Below, piece by piece: positions 30,448 to 51,126 of a stretch of DNA of 64,000 nt. Positions within the stretch are counted from its first letter, which is position 1. The number at the start of each line of letters is the position of its first letter. Under the pieces are notes generated by a model. That model made no database searches. It worked only from the letters and a program-made list of their open reading frames with translations, and was not told where the DNA came from. A program made the position numbers and the translations under genes. This DNA comes from Amoebidium appalachense. Taxonomy: Eukaryota > Protista > Ichthyosporea. The stretch is taken from NCBI GenBank assembly GCA_963693365.1, contig CAVNZM010000010.1, positions 1,798,001 through 1,862,000 on the forward strand, written 5' to 3'.

Positions 30448-31158
30448 ATCACATATACACACGGAGTTTACGCTGTTTACTCGAGGCAAAGAGAACCAGT
30501 CTCAGGTATGGGGGGGGGGGTTTTGCTCGGAATATCCCCTCAGCGGTATATCATGATCACACACGCATACACACACGCGGGCGCGCACACACACACACAC
30601 ACACATGTGTCCACACACACACGCGCGTGCACACACACACGCGCGCACACACACACGCACACACGTACACACACGCACAGTGTCACACACACACATACAC
30701 ACACAACCGCTCGCACACACCGTGCACACACACACACACGCACGAGCACACACACGAGCACACACGAACATATGTGTGTGCACACGCACGCAAACACACA
30801 AACACAGACAGACGTCTCGGCAGACAGACACGTACACACCGCACACACACACAGACCCGTACACACACACACACACGTATAACCACACACACAAAGTACA
30901 CAAACACACACAAAATAATTTACACACACACGCACAAATGCACACACGCACGCGCACGCATGCACACGTGCACATGTGAACACGCACACAAAGCATACCC
31001 ACATACACACGCACACACTAACACACACACGCACACATACGCACACGTATCACACACGTGCACACGTACATGCACATGTCACAAGTCATGCACACATAAT
31101 CCACACATTTACCTACACCTACACACGCGCACACAGATCATAGGCGCACAACCACGTA

Positions 31159-31193
<35 letters not shown>

Positions 31194-31245
31194 TCCGCAC
31201 AGCCATTGACAAACCGTTCAGTACGTGATACTCACTTACACATAC

Positions 31246-31320
<75 letters not shown>

Positions 31321-31440
31321 GTACACACACACACATGTGCACACACACATGTGACACACACACACACACACACACACATGCACATACGCACACAATTACT
31401 CAAATACACACACGTACACGTACGCGCGCACACACAAGCG
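30400..31440. repeat. About 1 kb degenerate (CA)n / alternating purine-pyrimidine tract
   Basis: Directly visible; it generates spurious HT/VC ORFs in all frames. Confidence 0.9.
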
Positions 31441-31537
31441 TATGCATGTGCAGCATGTGACGAGTGTGTGAGACATGACAGTGTGTGTGCGGTTCGCGCG
31501 CGTGCCCGCGGGTGTTTGTGATCTCTCTCTCCCTGTT

Positions 31538-31653
<116 letters not shown>

Positions 31654-32454
31654 CATCTCCCTCTCTCCTTCCCCCCCCCCCCCCCCCCTCTCCCTCTCTC
31701 TCTCCCTCTCGCGCGGGCGCGTGCACACATGCATAGATATCAACAGTTGCAATTGTAATATTAATATATTTTTGGTTTGTGTGCACGCGAGAGTGCGTGT
31801 TTTGCACTACATGTGCTTGTATACATATCTGTACGTAAACTCAACCACCGATTCACGGTGCACATGCACGCGGCCTTTGTGTGTGTTTACGGTGATGGCT
31901 TTTGTGACAGTTATGTTCAAGTGGCTAGCTTAGCGTATACAGTCCACGCACCACCAACTCCCGCCAGCGTGAACCAAAACGGCAATACTGGAAACGTGTT
32001 AAAGTTGTAATGCCCCTTTAAGTTGTAAGGGTTTGTCGTGTAAAAAATCAAGCATTTAAAATAGTTAATTAACTGTTCATAATCATGCTTATAGACGAAC
32101 AGGAATCTATTTTCCCGTCGCACCCGGCCATTGGTGCAACGAATCTTCCCAAACTGCAAGGAAAGTGGGGTCTAGGTTGAAGCTACAACCTCAATGAATC
32201 AAAGCATCACAAAAAATCAGATAAAGATAATCGTGGATGAACTAAAATCTCATGAAATCCATATGCCGTATATTTATATTTTTGAAATTTGCATTCTAAT
32301 TTTGTTTGATTATCAATAGAATATTATACTGTATGGTAAACAAAGTTTGTTCATGTACTGAAAATCTTACGTATACTGAAATTGTCACAAATTGCCCAGG
32401 AGCCATACAACAGGGTTAACAATTGTACTCTCGGCGGGGCAGCTGATTTGGCAG

Positions 32455-32765
32455 CAGGGGTGTGGCGACTTGACTTCAAGTCGCGACTTGAAGTCACTAA
32501 GCACCTGACTTCAACCAAGTCAAGTCAAGCCTTGAGGCCGGACATAGGAGTGACTTGAGAGGGGGAGGGGGGCTTAGGGCGGGGAAGCATAGGAGCGTGG
32601 GTGAAAAGGGGGGCGCAATACCCGCCCGTGGCCCAGTGCCCGGAGGAGTTACTAAAAATAATAATCTTCCGAGTCGCGACTTGTAAGTCAAGTCAAGTCA
32701 TCAATATCAGCAAACAAATTGAATTATAAGTCAAGTCAAGTCGTTGAGGCTCCGCCACACCCCTG
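32455..32765. mobile_element. hAT-type MITE (311 bp)
   Basis: TIR CAGGGGTGTGGCG / CGCCACACCCCTG, perfect 8-bp TSD TTTGGCAG (32447-32454 and 32766-32773), and subterminal GACTT/AAGTC repeats. Confidence 0.9.
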
Positions 32766-32832
32766 TTTGGCAGCTGAGCCCCTGCTGAGCGGTAGAGAGA
32801 TTCGAATCTCCTAAAAGGCAGCAACACGCACA

Positions 32833-34331
32833 TGTGATGCAGATATACCTGCAAGAGATAGTTGAGAGATAGACTAGTCATCCGGCAGTCAGCATCAGCT
32901 GGTGTGCATGTCAATTTGTGTGACACGATCCGCTCCGTCACGATCCGCTCAGTCACAAACACAACTATAAAGACGAACCGACAGGCATGTTGCCTTCAGT
33001 TCTGTGCACAACCAAACTCTCTCTTTTTCTCACTCTCCAACGATTTGTTTATCACACGGTAGCAGAGAGGTCTTTCCTCCTCGAAGGCTTCATTGCCTCG
33101 AGCCCTTCTCTGGACATCACCAAGCCATCAGCACGCTATGGGCCCCGTGCTGCGCTACAACTCTTCTACGCTGCCTTGCTGAGCGCTGTTCTTCTCCACC
33201 CAGCTACTCTGCACCAGCCACCCCGCCAGCCTCAGACTGCAGCCCCACACAAGGAAAGTTGATTGTTTCTCTCCATCCCATGTTGCATGATCTGCATGCA
33301 TATCAGATGCGTGCACATCGTTTTTTCAAAAATCTCCAAAAGTCAAGCTTTTATCAAAAACCGAGAACTTCCATTCACTCATGCTCTTGCTGCACTCTTC
33401 ACAGTTTTCCCACTGTTTTCATTTTTTTTGGGGGCGGCCATGACCATCATTTACAATCGAGTCTACCATTCATTAATGCAATCATTTTCGAAGATATAAC
33501 AAATCACTAGACATGCACGGATACCACCCAACTTTGTTAACAACCGGCCACCGCCTCCTTTTTTTCCACCTCTATAACCCGTTTATTTCAACTTCTAAGA
33601 AGCCTTTACCTCTTACACTGGGCTGGCCGGCAGAAAGGGGTTTAGGGGCACAAACAAACAACGACGACTCTAATTAGTTATAACAGCCTGGTTGGAACCC
33701 CACGTGCACGTCGACTCTGCCCTCAGTGCTCTCTCTTTACAACAAACAAAACACAGCTAGCCAAACACACAACCACACATACACCTACACCTGGAAACAC
33801 CTGTTTCCGTCAACATCCCTTCTGGCCCTACTTAGTATCAACAACCAAGGTTCACAACATAAACACTTCTAACCACTGACTTTCCCTAGTTCCCACACCC
33901 CAACCACCACGGCAAGAGCAACTACAACATCGTCCCATAGCCAGCAACAAGGACGAGGACGGTCACTGGAGCAACACTGGAGACAACACTCTTAGAAAAC
34001 CTGGCTCCTATACCTGTGACCCCTCCCTAGCAAAAGACTAGATGGCACAGGGAAAATGGAACGCTGAAAGGCCTTTTGGAGGTTTTACCGAGTAAGCAAC
34101 CGCTATGCACTTGCCAATGTGCCTACATATTTACGAACTGTATAGACTTTAGACTGTACCTATTGCCACACGTAACGACTGAATTTTTTAGTAACGTAAG
34201 CACGAGGACGTGCTTGCTTGACCCCGTACCATGTGATGCAGATATACTTGCAAGAGATAGTTGAGAGATAGACTAGTCATCCGGCAGTCAGCATCAGGTA
34301 TTTCTCACTCTCCAACGATTTGTTTATCACA
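32833..34331 (+). mobile_element. Non-autonomous LTR retroelement (TRIM/LARD-like): 5' LTR 32833-33056, internally deleted 3' LTR 34232-34331
   Basis: Both LTRs begin TGTGAT and end ATCACA, and share a near-identical ~66-bp 5' block and ~30-bp 3' block. The PBS cGGTAGCAGAG at 33057 matches the complement of the initiator tRNA-Met 3' end. 4-bp TSD CACA. No recognisable gag/pol. Confidence 0.85.
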
Positions 34332-34796
34332 CACAAGGCCCTTTTCAGATACTTTTGTAACCCTGATTCGTACGCCCGCGTAAAGTTATAAAAAGAGTTC
34401 GTTCGATCCAAAAAGCTCATTTCTCTCTCTCTCTCTTCAAAAGGAGGTCAAGGCCCCTTCTCCTTTGTCTACCAGCTAGATTGTATGCTTAGAAAGATTC
34501 GCGAGAGTCACATTCAGTAACCGTTGGTTTTAAATATGTGCACTATTCGTCATGCTCGAGCTCATGAGTCTTACATAATGCATCCCTAAACCAAAACCAT
34601 GTAGGCCAGACTTTGTTAGATCCCTAACAAAACAACGCCACTCTTATAGGAATATCCAGGGCACACACACGAACCTTCCCTCGCCTTTCACGATACAGGC
34701 TTGTGTGTATAAGTTGGGAGAGTTCTTATACGAAGTTCATACGCATCACCATCAGATCCTTTCGAAATTCGTACACATTCCCTCCAAGCATCGAAA

Positions 34797-42788
<7,992 letters not shown>

Positions 42789-42897
42789 ACCTATGTGTTG
42801 TACGTGTGTGAAAGGGGGAGGGTGGGTGGGTGGGGGGGGGGGGGGGGGAGGGGGGGGGGGGGGGGGGGGGGCACTCATAGTTGTCTTTTTTTTTTTT

Positions 42898-42928
<31 letters not shown>

Positions 42929-43992
42929 GGGTCTGTACGTGTTCACGAATGTGCCTAACGTTTTTTGTGTAAACTTACCAGAGCCCATATTATTTTTGCA
43001 ATGAATGAACTGAATGTAGTTCAGTATTTAGATTTATTGTTATTATTGCATGAATGTGGTTGAATGAGAAGCTCCTACCACCAGACTGGTTTTAGGACTT
43101 GAAGCCTTTTCGAAGCATAATATGCCGTGATCAAAGGCTAGTGTGCTGGTATGTTATTCATGTTAAAAAATTTAATGTGGTATAGATTGGCCTAAATGAC
43201 CTATGCATATGTCAAATGAGAGATACGACACACATACAGCTTCACACATGCACACACACGCACGCACATACACACACACACACACACACACTCACACACA
43301 CACTCACACACATGCACGCGGCACATGCACATGCACACCCACACGCACACGCACACCTACACACACACACACCTGCACATACACGTGCACACATACACGC
43401 ACGCGTGATCACACACACGCACAGACACACACATGCGCACGGATACAAGCACATGCACGTATGAACACAAACAAACCACTGAGTGATGTGTAACACAGAT
43501 GTGAACGTTTGCAAGTGTGTGCAAGAGAAATACTAATAAGATTAATACATGTTGCATGTTTTTGACCCAATGTGTTTGTGTGTGTGTGAGGAGGAGGGGG
43601 GGGGAGAAAGGACAAGCACATGCAAAATCGCACATCTGTACGCTGCTCTCACAAGTCTTTCACACCCTTACTCGGTTGTACACATGTACACTCTCACATA
43701 CGTGTACCGACAGTTTGCACACACAACTGTGCAATGCAGATATGCAGGCACACACGTACATGCTCACACACGGATAGGCATGTGCAGATGTACACACACA
43801 CACGTACACACACACACACAATTGGCACACGCACACGCACACACACACACACGCACACACAAGAGTTAAAAAACAAATGGAACACAGCAGTCTGCGGAGA
43901 TTGCATGCGCAAAAAGTCTAATATCACCGTTGAACACATACCCACACAAACACACACACAAAGAACGCAAAACACGCATTCAAGCGGACACG

Positions 43993-44081
43993 AACCATGT
44001 CTACCCCCTCTCAAAGGAAAAAAAAATGGGGGGGGGGGGGGGGGGGGAACTTTGTACACACACCCGATCGCGAGGAGCGCT

Positions 44082-44134
<53 letters not shown>

Positions 44135-44193
44135 TGAAGAGATTGAAAACAGAAACCATGTCTACCCCCTCTCAAAGAAAAAAAAAAAGGGGG

Positions 44194-44238
<45 letters not shown>

Positions 44239-44280
44239 GAGAGGGAACTTTGTACGCACACCCGATCGCGAGGAGCGCGC

Positions 44281-44320
<40 letters not shown>

Positions 44321-44378
44321 TGAAGAGATTGAAAACAGAAACCATGTCTACCCCCTCTCAAAGAAAAAAAAAAGGGGG

Positions 44379-44412
<34 letters not shown>

Positions 44413-44467
44413 GGGGGGGGGGGGGGGGGAGAACTTTGTACGCACACCCGATCGCGAGGAGCGCGCT

Positions 44468-44507
<40 letters not shown>

Positions 44508-44527
44508 TGAAGAGATTGAAAACAGAA
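43993..44527. repeat. Three tandem copies of a ~160-190 bp unit with variable homopolymer spacers
   Basis: Unit aaccatgtctaccccctctcaaag(A)n(G)n-gaactttgtac(a/g)cacacccgatcgcgaggagcgc-(G)n-atgaagagattgaaaacagaa, starting at 43993, 44154 and 44340. Confidence 0.9.
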
Positions 44528-45925
44528 TTCGATTCGGTCAACCCCGTAATTTCCACGAGATCGAGACGACATCAACTGACATCAACTATGTGACATGAGT
44601 CAGTTTGTGCTCTAATGTGAAGATGAAGTTGATAGGAATCAGCCAAATAAAAGTTGCACGAGATTAGAATATACACTTATGCTTCGTCTTATGCCAAAAA
44701 AAGATGAATTTTATTCTAATAACGATACCTTCTATATGGTGTATCTACAAAGGGTGCTTGCCGGCTTGACAAGTCAATAACGACATCGACTGATGCTGTC
44801 AATGCAATCTTCTGATTGGACCATTCTGAAAATGGCTCCAAACTACCAAACATGATTGGCCGGCTCAGTCGACATTCGATGGCAACTCCAAGATTTTCTC
44901 AAAACCTCGAAAGTCACTTCAGAAACAGATGTAAAAGTATACGAAATAATGATATTTTCCCCAAACCATCTTAGTAGCGTATGTAGGTAAGACATATGCC
45001 TGTCAACGTATACAATTTATTTGGGGCTTTTATATTGATTTTGAGCCGCAAGAGAGTTGTTCAGGCCTCGGTCCTCAAGAGGTTAAGGCAACATACACAT
45101 TCCGGTTGCTCTCATCGTATTTTGGATCAATAGATGTTTTCCTCCAAACCGCTCTCTAAAGCGAACACAACGTACAAACCAAACGTCCTCTATTCGGTCC
45201 ATAAAACCTTAACCCCCCCCCCCCCCCCCCCCCCCCCCGATATTTATCCTTTTATTGTGCCTTCAAGCATAACAGCAAGGGCAAGAATATTTATCACAAG
45301 GATAACAAGACATACATAATTCGTACAGCTTTGCGCGACAAAGGATGCCCGCCGTCCCCCCGTCCCCCCCATACAGGATGCCCCCTGGCCCCCTTTACCC
45401 CTCCCTTCCCCCCCTCCCCCCTCCCCCCAGCTCCTCCTCCCCCCCCCCCCCCCCCCCCCACCATCCTCCCCCGCACCTTCCTCCCCCCCCCCCCTCCCCC
45501 CCCCCCCCCCCCCCCCGCGCCGGAAAAAAAATAAAAAATCAACAAACACGTTCGTCCTGTGTGCATACCACCCTTTCACCCCCGAGCCACCATATACTCT
45601 CATAGTCGACCTCACTCCACCAGTCTGCATACTCATCTCCACCTTCCAACTTTCCCCCCTCAAAGAAAGACAGAAAAAAAATGAAAAGGAAACAAAAAGA
45701 AAAAGAAAAAGAAAGGGGGCCCAAAAAAAAAAAGCTTTATTCGTCTCCAACCACCTTCCAACTCTTCACCCTCAAAAAAAAAAGAAGAAGAAGGAGAAGA
45801 AGAAGAGAAAGAGATAAAGAAGAAAAGAAAAAGAAAAAGGGTAAAAAATTCTTTATCCTCATCTCCACCTTCCAACTCTTCCCCCTCCAAGAAAAAGAAA
45901 AAGGAAAAAAAAAAGGTGTGTGTGT

Positions 45926-45980
<55 letters not shown>

Positions 45981-46077
45981 GAAACGAAAAAGAAAACACT
46001 TGAAAAGAATAAAATAAAAAATTCCCCGGGATGGTCCTTTATCATACCACCAGGTCTCCACCTTCGACCCCCATATC

Positions 46078-46602
46078 TTAATAGTCGACCTCACTCCACG
46101 AGTCTGTATCCTCATCTCCCCCCTCCACCTCATAACCTCCTCCCATAGGCATGTTACCTCCCATCCGTCCAAACTGACCCCCACCAACCATGATGTTTCC
46201 TGCCTGCTTCTTCAGTTCACTTTTCAGTTTTTTATTTTCCTTCTCAAGCTGTTCCGCATAACATACAACCGCCGCACTCATAACCTTTGACCTCTTCCGG
46301 AGCTCCCCAGCATGCGGATAGAAACTCATTTCATTCTCGTGTTTTCTTTTCATCCGGCTTAAAGCCACATACACCACTGCAAACACCAAAAAGACGAGAA
46401 AAAAAGCGAAAATCACAGGCACGGCTGCGAGTGCAAACGTAATCACTTTGTTCAAACACTCATCGTTTCCCTCACGATGACCGACCCTAACACCTGCCTC
46501 GTATGACTGTTGGGCTATTTTGGAGGCCCTGTTGTTGCATTCGGCAACCTTTGCGTGGTACTCGTCGACCGTGGCGCGGCATGCCCTGCAATCGTTGCCC
46601 AT
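46078..46602 (-). CDS. Hypothetical 174-aa single-pass membrane protein (MGNDCxxC, GxxxG repeat, TM helix, coiled coil, acidic tail)
   Basis: Non-repetitive ORF in an AAAATG context, with an upstream TATA box and a clear paralogue at 47704. Confidence 0.75.
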   Translation of the reverse strand: MGNDCRACRATVDEYHAKVAECNNRASKIAQQSYEAGVRVGHREGNDECLNKVITFALAAVPVIFAFFLVFLVFAVVYVALSRMKRKHENEMSFYPHAGELRKRSKVMSAAVVCYAEQLEKENKKLKSELKKQAGNIMVGGGQFGRMGGNMPMGGGYEVEGGDEDTDSWSEVDY

Positions 46603-46628
46603 TTTCGAATTTACGTGCAGAAGGCAAC

Positions 46629-46659
<31 letters not shown>

Positions 46660-46886
46660 GTTTCGTTTTCTTTTGGTATTTCAGTGTTTTTATGTACTTA
46701 AGAATATTCTCTTCTTTTTATTGGTTTTGTTATTGTTGTATTTATTCTTTTTTTTCTTCTTATTGGGTGGATGGGGTGGAAAAAAAGGGATTTGAGTTTA
46801 TGGTCCTGGGCTGTATGATGAAGTAAAAGCAATATTTGAAAGCCTTGATTGGAGTACAGTAGCAATTGATTCCCATGGCCAGTGCT

Positions 46887-46893
46887 TTTTATA
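46887..46893 (-). promoter_or_regulatory. TATA box upstream of the 46602 gene
   Basis: TTTTATA on + is TATAAAA on -, about 285 nt upstream of the ATG. Confidence 0.4.
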
Positions 46894-47488
46894 GTTTGCA
46901 ATGACCCATCAACCGGCCGGGGCAAACCCAGTTTATTCTATTTTTTCTTTTTTTTTGCCACGACGATTTGGACAAGATCACAGTGCTTGGAACATAAGGC
47001 ATTCACATATACTTTTCTTTTTTTTAAAAAAAAGGAAAACAAAAACAAAAAAAAAAAAGGTTCTCTACAGTCAAAAAGTAAGTCTGTATTTCTGAAGTCA
47101 CCAGCGACACAGACAGAGTCTACACGAGTCACTTATCCTTCCATATACTAAAGTGTTTATCACTGACGCAAAGTATGACGTGTTGATATGAACATGATGA
47201 CTCATTTTCCAAGCCAACACGAACAGCATGCATAGCCCAACACGAACCATTTAATACAGAGTGGTGAGAACTATCGTGGTTTGCACCTTTCAATTATCCG
47301 TTCATTTTTTTCTCGGCATATATAGTAGGGGGACTTCTCTAAAAGTATGATGCTTACATTGTTGGACTCTGTTGGAATTTAGTTTTGTGCTTTGCCTGTG
47401 TGTGCAATGAGCTAGTTGGATTCAGATGTTTTTTTCCGATCCTCAAAAGGTGAATTTGATGTTTGACTATTAGAGACGATGCACACCA

Positions 47489-47523
<35 letters not shown>

Positions 47524-47703
47524 CCACCACAACCTGAGAAAGACCCAAAACTTAACTTTACTAACACATCATCCATGAGTCCTAGCAGTCTCCATCCGAA
47601 ACATTCACGTGATACTTATAGCTAAAAAAACATAAGCAAACACAAAACACACGTTTTTTTTTTCTTCTTTTTTTCATTTTTTTGTAACCAACACACAGTG
47701 AAA

Positions 47704-48036
47704 ATGGGCAACGATTGCAGTGCGTGCCACGCAAGGGCTGCAGCACAAGCACAACAATCATTCGAAGCAGGTGCACGTATTGGCCAGCATGCAGGGCACG
47801 CCGAGTGTTGGAACACAGCTCTCACATTCGCAATAGTGCTCATTCCTTTGGTTTACGCTCTTGTGTTTGTCTCTTTGGGGTTTGCAGCGTACGTGTACGT
47901 GACTGTGACATGGAAACATGAGGAAAAGAGGATGATCTATACGGGGACTGGGGTGCACAAGGCGTTGAAAAGGTGTGTGAGACGCGGCATGGGTGGTCCT
48001 CTGATACGCCGGGTGGAATCTAGCGGAGGAGAATAG
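47704..48036 (+). CDS. Paralogue of the 46078..46602 protein, C-terminally truncated or decaying
   Basis: MGNDCSACHA...AQQSFEAGARIG...ECWNTALTFA...KHE aligns with the paralogue. Homology continues out of frame (AAWVVL*YAGWNLAEENRE*RGKL; QLEGGD near 48141). Confidence 0.65.
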   Translation: MGNDCSACHARAAAQAQQSFEAGARIGQHAGHAECWNTALTFAIVLIPLVYALVFVSLGFAAYVYVTVTWKHEEKRMIYTGTGVHKALKRCVRRGMGGPLIRRVESSGGE

Positions 48037-48604
48037 AGAGTGACGGGGAAAACTGGGCCGAAAATTTGAAAAATGAGGTGAAAGACGATACGAGGGGAAT
48101 TTCACCTGGATGGGATACCCCTGGGAGGGGGATAGTAAATCAGCTGGAAGGCGGTGATCGGTTCGAGAAACTGGGACGAAGATGGTCTGTTATGCCGACT
48201 TCAAATGACTCTTATGGTCTTCCTTCTTCTTTCTCTCTTTCTTTTTTCTAAAGGTAGGTTAACGCTTTTGTTTTATCGGTTAAAGACTTTTATGTTCAGG
48301 ATAATTTGAAGTTCGTTCACAGAGGAGCCCGTAAGAGTGGGGAAAGGGGAGGGAGGGGGTGGTGGGGGGGGGGGGGGGGGGGGGGGGGGAGGTATTGTGA
48401 TCGTTTAGAGCTTAGTGTTCGTTTAAGTGGTGGCTGTTTTTTGAGTTTCGGTCATGCAGCCATAATGCACTATGCATCATATTTCTTTCTAGGAGGGTCA
48501 ATAAAATTGCTTCCGGGTTACTATTCAATTACCTAAGGTACCTATTATTGTAATGTTTTTTTTTTTTTTTTTTTTTTTTTTTGGTGGTGGTGGTGGTGGT
48601 GGGG

Positions 48605-48642
<38 letters not shown>

Positions 48643-48677
48643 GGGGAGGGAGGAGGAGGAGGAGGAGGTGAGGGTGG

Positions 48678-48712
<35 letters not shown>

Positions 48713-48992
48713 GGAAAGAAAAAGCGTGTGTGTCTGGATGTGTGCTTTTTTTTTTTTTTTTTTTTTTGTGGACGGGGGGAATGGGGGGAGGGGGGGAGGG
48801 GGGGGGGGATCAGTCAAAAAGGATGTTATGGGCCCACTATGTTGCTTGCTCCAACGAATGTTTTGAACCCTGAAGCAAAATTCCATCCCAAATATCTTGA
48901 ATGTATCCGGGGAAGTGATTTGCTGTCATGTCTTGGTAGGGCCGGGCCCCACCCATTCATGTTCCTGCCTATTATTAATCAGTCTTCCTCTT

Positions 48993-49061
<69 letters not shown>

Positions 49062-49149
49062 GCGTGTGTGCGTGTGTGCGTGCGTGCGTGCGTACGTGCA
49101 TGATGCATGCGTAGGTGCATGCGTGCGTGCGTGAAGATGTGAGTGCCCG

Positions 49150-49181
<32 letters not shown>

Positions 49182-49261
49182 TTTTTTTTGTGTGTGTGTG
49201 TGTGTGTGCGCGCGCGCGCGAGCGTGTGTGTATATGTGTGTGTGTGCCAGCGTGTGCCGTG

Positions 49262-49292
<31 letters not shown>

Positions 49293-49708
49293 TGTGTGTG
49301 TGTGCCTGTGTTTTTTTTGGGGGGGGTAGGGGAGAAGAGTGACGGGGGATGGAAGGGGGGAAGGGTTAGGTAAGTGAGTGAGGGAGACGGACTGCCGGGG
49401 GGGGGGGGGGGGAGGGGGGGAGGGGGGGGGGGGGAGGGATAGGGGGGGGGGGGGTTGTCCTGAGGTGCGCTAGTGCATTTGTATGTACCTTTGCAGCATG
49501 CGCGTGCGGTGCGTCTGGGTGTGTCTGCATGTGTGCCTGCATATCTACATGGTTTGTGTGCCTGTATATGGTTGCCTGCTAGTAGGTGGGTGTATGAGTG
49601 TGGGAGGAATACTTTGGGTGCCATTGCCGTGTGGTAAAGTCAGACACGAATTGTGCTCTTGTATACATGTATCCCGCACCCCCCTCCCCCTCCCCCTCTC
49701 TATCCCCT

Positions 49709-49741
<33 letters not shown>

Positions 49742-50743
49742 ATCTGCCCGTCTGCCCCACCTCCTCTTCCCCCCTACCCCTCCACAACACACATACATGA
49801 TATGCAAATTACTCGAAAAACTCTAAATGCAGTTCATTCGAATAGCAACGGTAAAATTTTCTGCGGCTTCGCAAAGGCTCACAATATTGCAAGTCGTTAT
49901 CGATAATCATTTGCATCTTTCTGGGCGATTTTATCCGGGCTCTTTGTTCCTTCTCTTGATTTTTCATTCCCCCAGATTGGTTTTTGTTTCTTTTTTCGGT
50001 TTTTTGTTCGGTGGGTGGTTGGGGTGGGGAAGGGGGGGGGGGGGGGGGGGGATTACGAGAAGAGATCTGATTAAAAGTTTTCCTTTGCATTCTTCTCTTT
50101 TTTCCCTTCCTTTTCTAAGATTCGTTTTTTTCCCCCGAAGTTGTTCGTTTTCTTTCTTTTTTTGGTGTACGTAAGCTTTTGGAAGGGCTGGGGCGGGTCG
50201 AGAGGGTGTGTGTTTGTGTGTGTGTGTGTGTGCGGTGCATTGTGGGGGAGGGAGGAGGGAGGGGGAATGGCGAGAAGAAAGCTAGCGTGACTCCAGTCTA
50301 GAGTAGGAAGGGGAGAGACGGGAGGGGAGTTGGGAGTGGAATCCCGATGGAAAGGAGGCTGGGGGTGGTATAGGAGGAGATTAGTGTGTCCATTTCTATG
50401 CAATCCTCCCCCCCCCCCCCCCCCCCCTCTCCCCCCCCCCCCCCCCCACACACACACACCTCCCCCTTCCCCTTGATGCCCACCCCATCATGAATTCTTA
50501 CGGTAAAAAACAATTCCACAAGCAAGTGTGGGATGGTTGGCTTATTGTTGGCGTGATTGTTTGTGTGTTTGGGAGGGGCAGGATCGGGGGGCAGGGGGGT
50601 TGAAGGGGGGAGGGAATGGGGAAAGCCTTAAGCCTCCTACATAGCCCTCCACATAGGAGGCCTTTGGGAAGCTTTGAGGGGACGGTGAAGGGGGGGAAGG
50701 GATGCAAAAAAGACCTATGGAGAACTTTTTTTTCTTTTCCCGG

Positions 50744-50777
<34 letters not shown>

Positions 50778-50799
50778 GAGTGCCCGCAATCCTCCTCCC

Positions 50800-50873
<74 letters not shown>

Positions 50874-50938
50874 CGGCCTTCCGCTCCCCTCTCTTTTTTC
50901 CGTTCTTAAGGAAACAACTCCTACATTATGCAATTAAT

Positions 50939-51126
50939 TTTTGTATTTTATCCCGTGGAGGTACCCCTAGGGGCCCTCAGGGGGAACTACCGTCTTCCAC
51001 CCAGCACCGACAGTACTCTAGCTAGGGTGCTACGATGCTATTAGCTAAAACTAACACACATATAACAGTCCTAACTATATGTACACACTTTGCCCAGGGT
51101 ATCAACCCCAGCCACGCCGGTGGGTA
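50939..51126 (-). mobile_element. SINE-like or 5'-truncated non-LTR retroposon insertion (188 bp)
   Basis: Flanked by the exact 17-bp direct repeat TACATTATGCAATTAAT (50922-50938, 51127-51143). The 3' end on the - strand is A-rich (gggataaaatacaaaa). Confidence 0.7.

Noticed and set aside
45063-45086. piggyBac-like end (...CTCAAGAGG|TTAA), plus Kolobok-like ends near 5445, 18071, 29452 and 32018
   Set aside because: No matching opposite termini were found by eye, so no elements could be delimited.
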